From: Chrysomallon squamiferum
Taxonomy: Eukaryota; Animalia; Mollusca
Assembly (NCBI GenBank): GCA_012295275.1
Contig: CM022674.1
Span: 15,252,001 to 15,316,000, forward strand
Direction of reading: 5' to 3'
DNA: 64,000 nt
Part shown: positions 59,896 to 64,000 of the stretch, piece after piece
How the letters are laid out: each line of letters begins with the position of its first letter
Position numbering within the stretch: position 1 is the first letter of the stretch
Notes under the pieces: model-generated
What the model saw: only the letters and a program-made list of their open reading frames with translations
Told to the model about the DNA's origin: nothing
The model's database searches: none
Position numbers and translations under genes: made by a program

Positions 59896-60768
59896 TAGTT
59901 ATTTAATTTTTGGAGCAAATGCTGAGCCACTGTACATTATACATTATCACATCTAAATTAACAAACAGACCAAACGAAGAAACAAACAAACAAACCAAAC
60001 CAAACAAACAATCAAATAAACAAATCTAGCGAATCATATACAACTATTTCGAGTTCGGTTGTCAGCGCAAATGCCACGGCTGGAAGTTGAAACCCGTTTG
60101 CCATGATATGGAACTTAACGAACAGTCTACGCAAGAATGCGCAGCAATAACAGATAATCAGTGTGAACAAGAAACGAAAGTAGAAACGTCCGACAGATCA
60201 GGTGACCTGATATTTTCATCACACAAGTAAGTCAGGTCGTTCATATGTCTTTATCAGAAGATAAAACCAGGTAAGAACAATCTGAACTCTTGCATGTATA
60301 CATATACATATTATTATTATTATTAATTTTATTTTGTTTTATTTATTATTTGTTTTATTATTAATTTAGGCCCATTTACATGAAGGATGTCAAACTGGCC
60401 CAATGTTGAATTCAGGATGGGCGAGATCGCAGTATAATCAGTTTCTGCGTGGACGAAACCGCTCTATATTTATATCAAAGTAGACACTATTTATAATGAT
60501 TATAACAAGTTTATATGTGTATGTTATGTTTTTCCTCCGCTTGTTTGTCTGTGTGCGTGTGTGTTTCTGTATGTATTTCTGATCGGATTTAAACATGTAT
60601 AAGAAAGAGATGAACTGCTTAGCAGATAGACTTTTACAAGCAGAACTTAAATACATAAAAAAAAAAAATAACAAGAAAACACTCAGTTTGTACTTAATGA
60701 CGAAAATACCACAGCAAGTAAATATTTATGACAAAACACCAATTCACTGTTAAATATTATTTCAAAAG

Positions 60769-61419
60769 GACCTTTCATTTTGATCAATTTGATGAAATAT
60801 CGATATATTGATGCCTTGGTGAGATACAGAAATAAAATAGCAAAGAAACAAAATAAAATAAATGGGCACTTTGATTATAGGAAAGAAACAAGCGGGTTGC
60901 AGTACCAATGTTATCTTACAGAAAATAACAAAGTGTGTAGATATTTAGAACGAAGGTCAGTGTTACAGACTACACTATTTTCTACAACATCCGAAGGAGC
61001 AGGTGAAGAGGAAATCTTGAAAAAATTCCAAAATACAAAAAGCAGGGAATGTCAAGCTGCTAGATGTAGAGAAAATGATGGTTTATGTAGAGGTAGAGGA
61101 AAAATAGGTGATTCTAATAAAGCAACACAAGAAACAGATATGGAGAAAAGAGGACCACACGAAATGCTTAGAAGAAATAATCTGACAGTTTTCAGACTGA
61201 CCAAAGGTTAAAACAAAGAACAGCTTCACAGACTAGTTTATTCTCGACAGCTACTGCAGAGTCTGACAGTGATGATCATGACGGTTCAGAAGTTTATACA
61301 CCCAAAAATCCAACAGCAGACGGCGAAAAAATGTCAAACATCAACAACCAGAAAAAGAGGAAACAACACAGACAAAAGAAGAAATTATATTCAAGATAAC
61401 ACAGAAGTCAGCAGTAGAT
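60769..61419 (+). pseudogene. 5' fragment of a fourth PARP-like paralog, disrupted and cut by the assembly gap
   Basis: Preceded by the same promoter/exon-1 module (60065-60270). TTTCATTTTGATCAATTTGATGA, GAACGAAGGTCAG and CAAGAAACAGA..CAGTTTTCA.ACTGACCAA.GGTTAAAA align with paralog 2 exon 1. The equivalent ATG is missing and the frames contain stops. Confidence 0.65.
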
Positions 61420-61619
61420 NNNNNNNNNNNNNNNNNNNNNNNNNNNNNNNNNNNNNNNNNNNNNNNNNNNNNNNNNNNNNNNNNNNNNNNNNNNNNNNNN
61501 NNNNNNNNNNNNNNNNNNNNNNNNNNNNNNNNNNNNNNNNNNNNNNNNNNNNNNNNNNNNNNNNNNNNNNNNNNNNNNNNNNNNNNNNNNNNNNNNNNNN
61601 NNNNNNNNNNNNNNNNNNN
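61420..61619. other. Assembly gap (200 N)
   Basis: Run of N. Confidence 1.
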
Positions 61620-61639
61620 TTGTTGCTTCGTTCAGTTAC

Positions 61640-63310
61640 GTATTGCTCAGGCTCATTCGTGTGTGTTGAAAGCAGGAATGATTGGTTTTGTCAAGAATGA
61701 GACAACTAGATGTTGACGAAGTTCTCACTACTGAGGGACACGTTCTAGACAGGCAATAGAGATTTTACATTATTTCCACTCACGTGATGTTTTAACGATA
61801 GAGCCATCTCTTTAATGGTTCTGAGTTCTTTTGTGGACTTTGTTTGAAGTTTTATTGTATATGTATTTGTTTATTTATTTATTTATTTATTTATGTAAAA
61901 TATGTTTAAAATATGCAGATTATTTATAATATTAATTTAGATTACTTTTCATTTCCTATTTAATGTACAATATATTTATAATATTAATGTAAAATATGTT
62001 TGTAATATAAATGTAAATTGTTTTTACAATACTAATAAATAATATTTTTATATTTTAAAATATAATAAGTATTAAAATTTCTGTGCAAAACATTTTTTAT
62101 AAAATATAATACGTACGTCTTTTTATATGTTAAATTTTGTTGTAACACTGATATAACTATTTTGTAAAATATTTTTATTTTATAACATTAGTTAAATATT
62201 GCATAAAAAATATAATAGTAAAAAGTAAAAATAAAATATAAATAAATAATTTGTCACGTTTTAAATACAGTCACTGTTGTAACATTAGTGTAAATTACGT
62301 TTGTATTATTAATGTTAAATAGTTTTAACGATTTTTCAAAGTATTATCATAACAGAAATAAGTTATTTTTTTATGTTTAATATTAAATATTTGTATCTAC
62401 ATGTTTTTAAAGGAAGATCGTCGACTGGGACTGATATTTTTCTACGTAAGTATTTTTGCTGTGCGTTTGTGTGTTTTTGCGTATATAAAAATGTTCGTAT
62501 CTGCATGTCTCTGATCTTGTTTATTATCGTTTTGGTTTTACGTTTGTTTGTTTTCTAAATTTTACTTATTTATTTTGCCGTGCAGTTAGTATTATATATA
62601 TAATTATAACGACTTTAGTGTAATACATTTATATATTTGTTTACTTATTTATTTATATATTTACTTATTTGTTTATTTATTCATTTGTTTGTTTCTTTGG
62701 GGTTTTTTGGTTTCTTTGTGTTTGTGTCTTTGTGCATTTGCTTATTTGCATGTTTTGTACTTGTTTACGCATGTTGATTTTTCTCCTCGTAGACTGAGTT
62801 TTGTTTTCTAGGTGTGTGCTACGTTGGGGACGACGGCATGCTGTTCATTCGACAATCTGGAGGAAATTGGTGAGGTGTGCGCCAAAGAGGACGTCTGGCT
62901 TCACGTCGACGCTGCATACGCCGGCAACGCCTTCATCTGTCCTGAATTTCAACATCTTTTAAAAGGGGTTGAGGTGTTTGAGATTAAATAATAATAATAC
63001 TAATACAAATAATAATAATAATAATAACAATACTACTAATAATAGCAATAATAATAATAGTACTAGTACTATAATAGTAGCAGTAGTAGTAGAAGTAATA
63101 AATAAAAAATAAAAAAATAAAGAAAGAAAGAAAGAGGGAAAGAAAGAAGGAAAGAAAGAAAAAGAAAGAAACATATTAGAATAACCTATTGATACAATAC
63201 AATTTGTAAATCTAAATACCCCAATCCATTAAGCACTGTTGCATATTCTAAACCAAATATAATATGTTTACATATAAACACTGACAAAACAACAAAAACA
63301 ACAACAACAA

Positions 63311-63372
<62 letters not shown>

Positions 63373-63648
63373 ATAATAATAATAATATTAATTAAGAAAA
63401 ATATATATATATTTTTATATAAACTACAAGCAATCTCACATATAAAAATAACAACGTGATAAAGGACAGACATTAATTTCAAGTTTATTAGCTTCTTTAC
63501 ACCCATGTAGGTCAAAGGTCGACCTTTTAAACAGTTACTTTTACTAATGTTTTCATTCAGATTTTTCTTTTACTTTGAAGAATGCCAACTCTCTGAATTT
63601 CAACACAAATAAATGGTTGCAAATAAATTTTGACTGTTCATTAATGTG
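61640..63648 (+). CDS. Tdc: Tyrosine-decarboxylase-like PLP-dependent aromatic amino-acid decarboxylase, internal exons (partial)
   Basis: 62812-62973 [54 protein letters not shown]; 63581-63648 [23 protein letters not shown] (PLP lysine in N-x-N-K-W, the Tdc type rather than DDC NPHKW or HDC NPSKW); indel-ridden exon ~61640-61762 ([22 protein letters not shown]). Confidence 0.8.
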
Positions 63649-63898
63649 GTAAGTTAGTTTATGATGAATTAATTTATGTATCTGGTTACATAATTTTTGC
63701 AGGTTTTTATTATTTACTTTTTACTTTTTGTTTCTTTGTTTGTTAGTTTATTGAGATATTTACACTTTTTCTTATTTATTTACTTACTAACTTACTTATT
63801 TACTTACTTATTTGACTGTTTACTCAAATATTTACATTTGTGTTCGTTTATTTATTTATTTCTTTATTAATTCATTCTACAGTTTGTATATCTATGTC

Positions 63899-63937
<39 letters not shown>

Positions 63938-64000
63938 GTTGATCTGGTTTATCTGTGCGCTGGTCTCTTTGTCTATTTATTTATTCATTTATTCATTAAT

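Overview
AT-rich, microsatellite-laden, intron-containing animal genomic DNA. It is most likely a gastropod mollusc; this is inferred from gene content and an intronic SINE-like repeat, not proven. Six parts. (1) 112-6305: 3' exons of a cyclic-nucleotide-binding-domain (CNBD2-like) gene with a U12 minor-spliceosome snRNA gene in an intron. (2) ~4.8-20.6 kb: a ~5.5-kb tandem array that triplicates U12 together with an internally deleted copy of the host gene's 3' end and a dead ~220-codon ORF. (3) 21-61.4 kb: four ZAP/PARP12-like (CCCH-WWE-PARP) paralogs: one full-length, one chimeric and disabled, one with an in-frame microhomology deletion of the RGG/zinc-finger RNA-binding part plus a new 16-aa repeat tail, and one 5' fragment. 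They carry ISRE/GAS/ETS-like promoter motifs and relics of a CaaX prenylation tail beyond their present stops. (4) 44-49 kb: a secreted chitin-binding (CBM14) gene, a tiny spliced secreted-peptide candidate and a minus-strand Cys-rich gene fragment. (5) Two scattered relics of a tyrosine-decarboxylase 3' exon. (6) After a 200-N gap, internal exons of a tyrosine-decarboxylase-like gene. All gene models were spliced by eye (GT-AG, phase-checked); no database searches were run.
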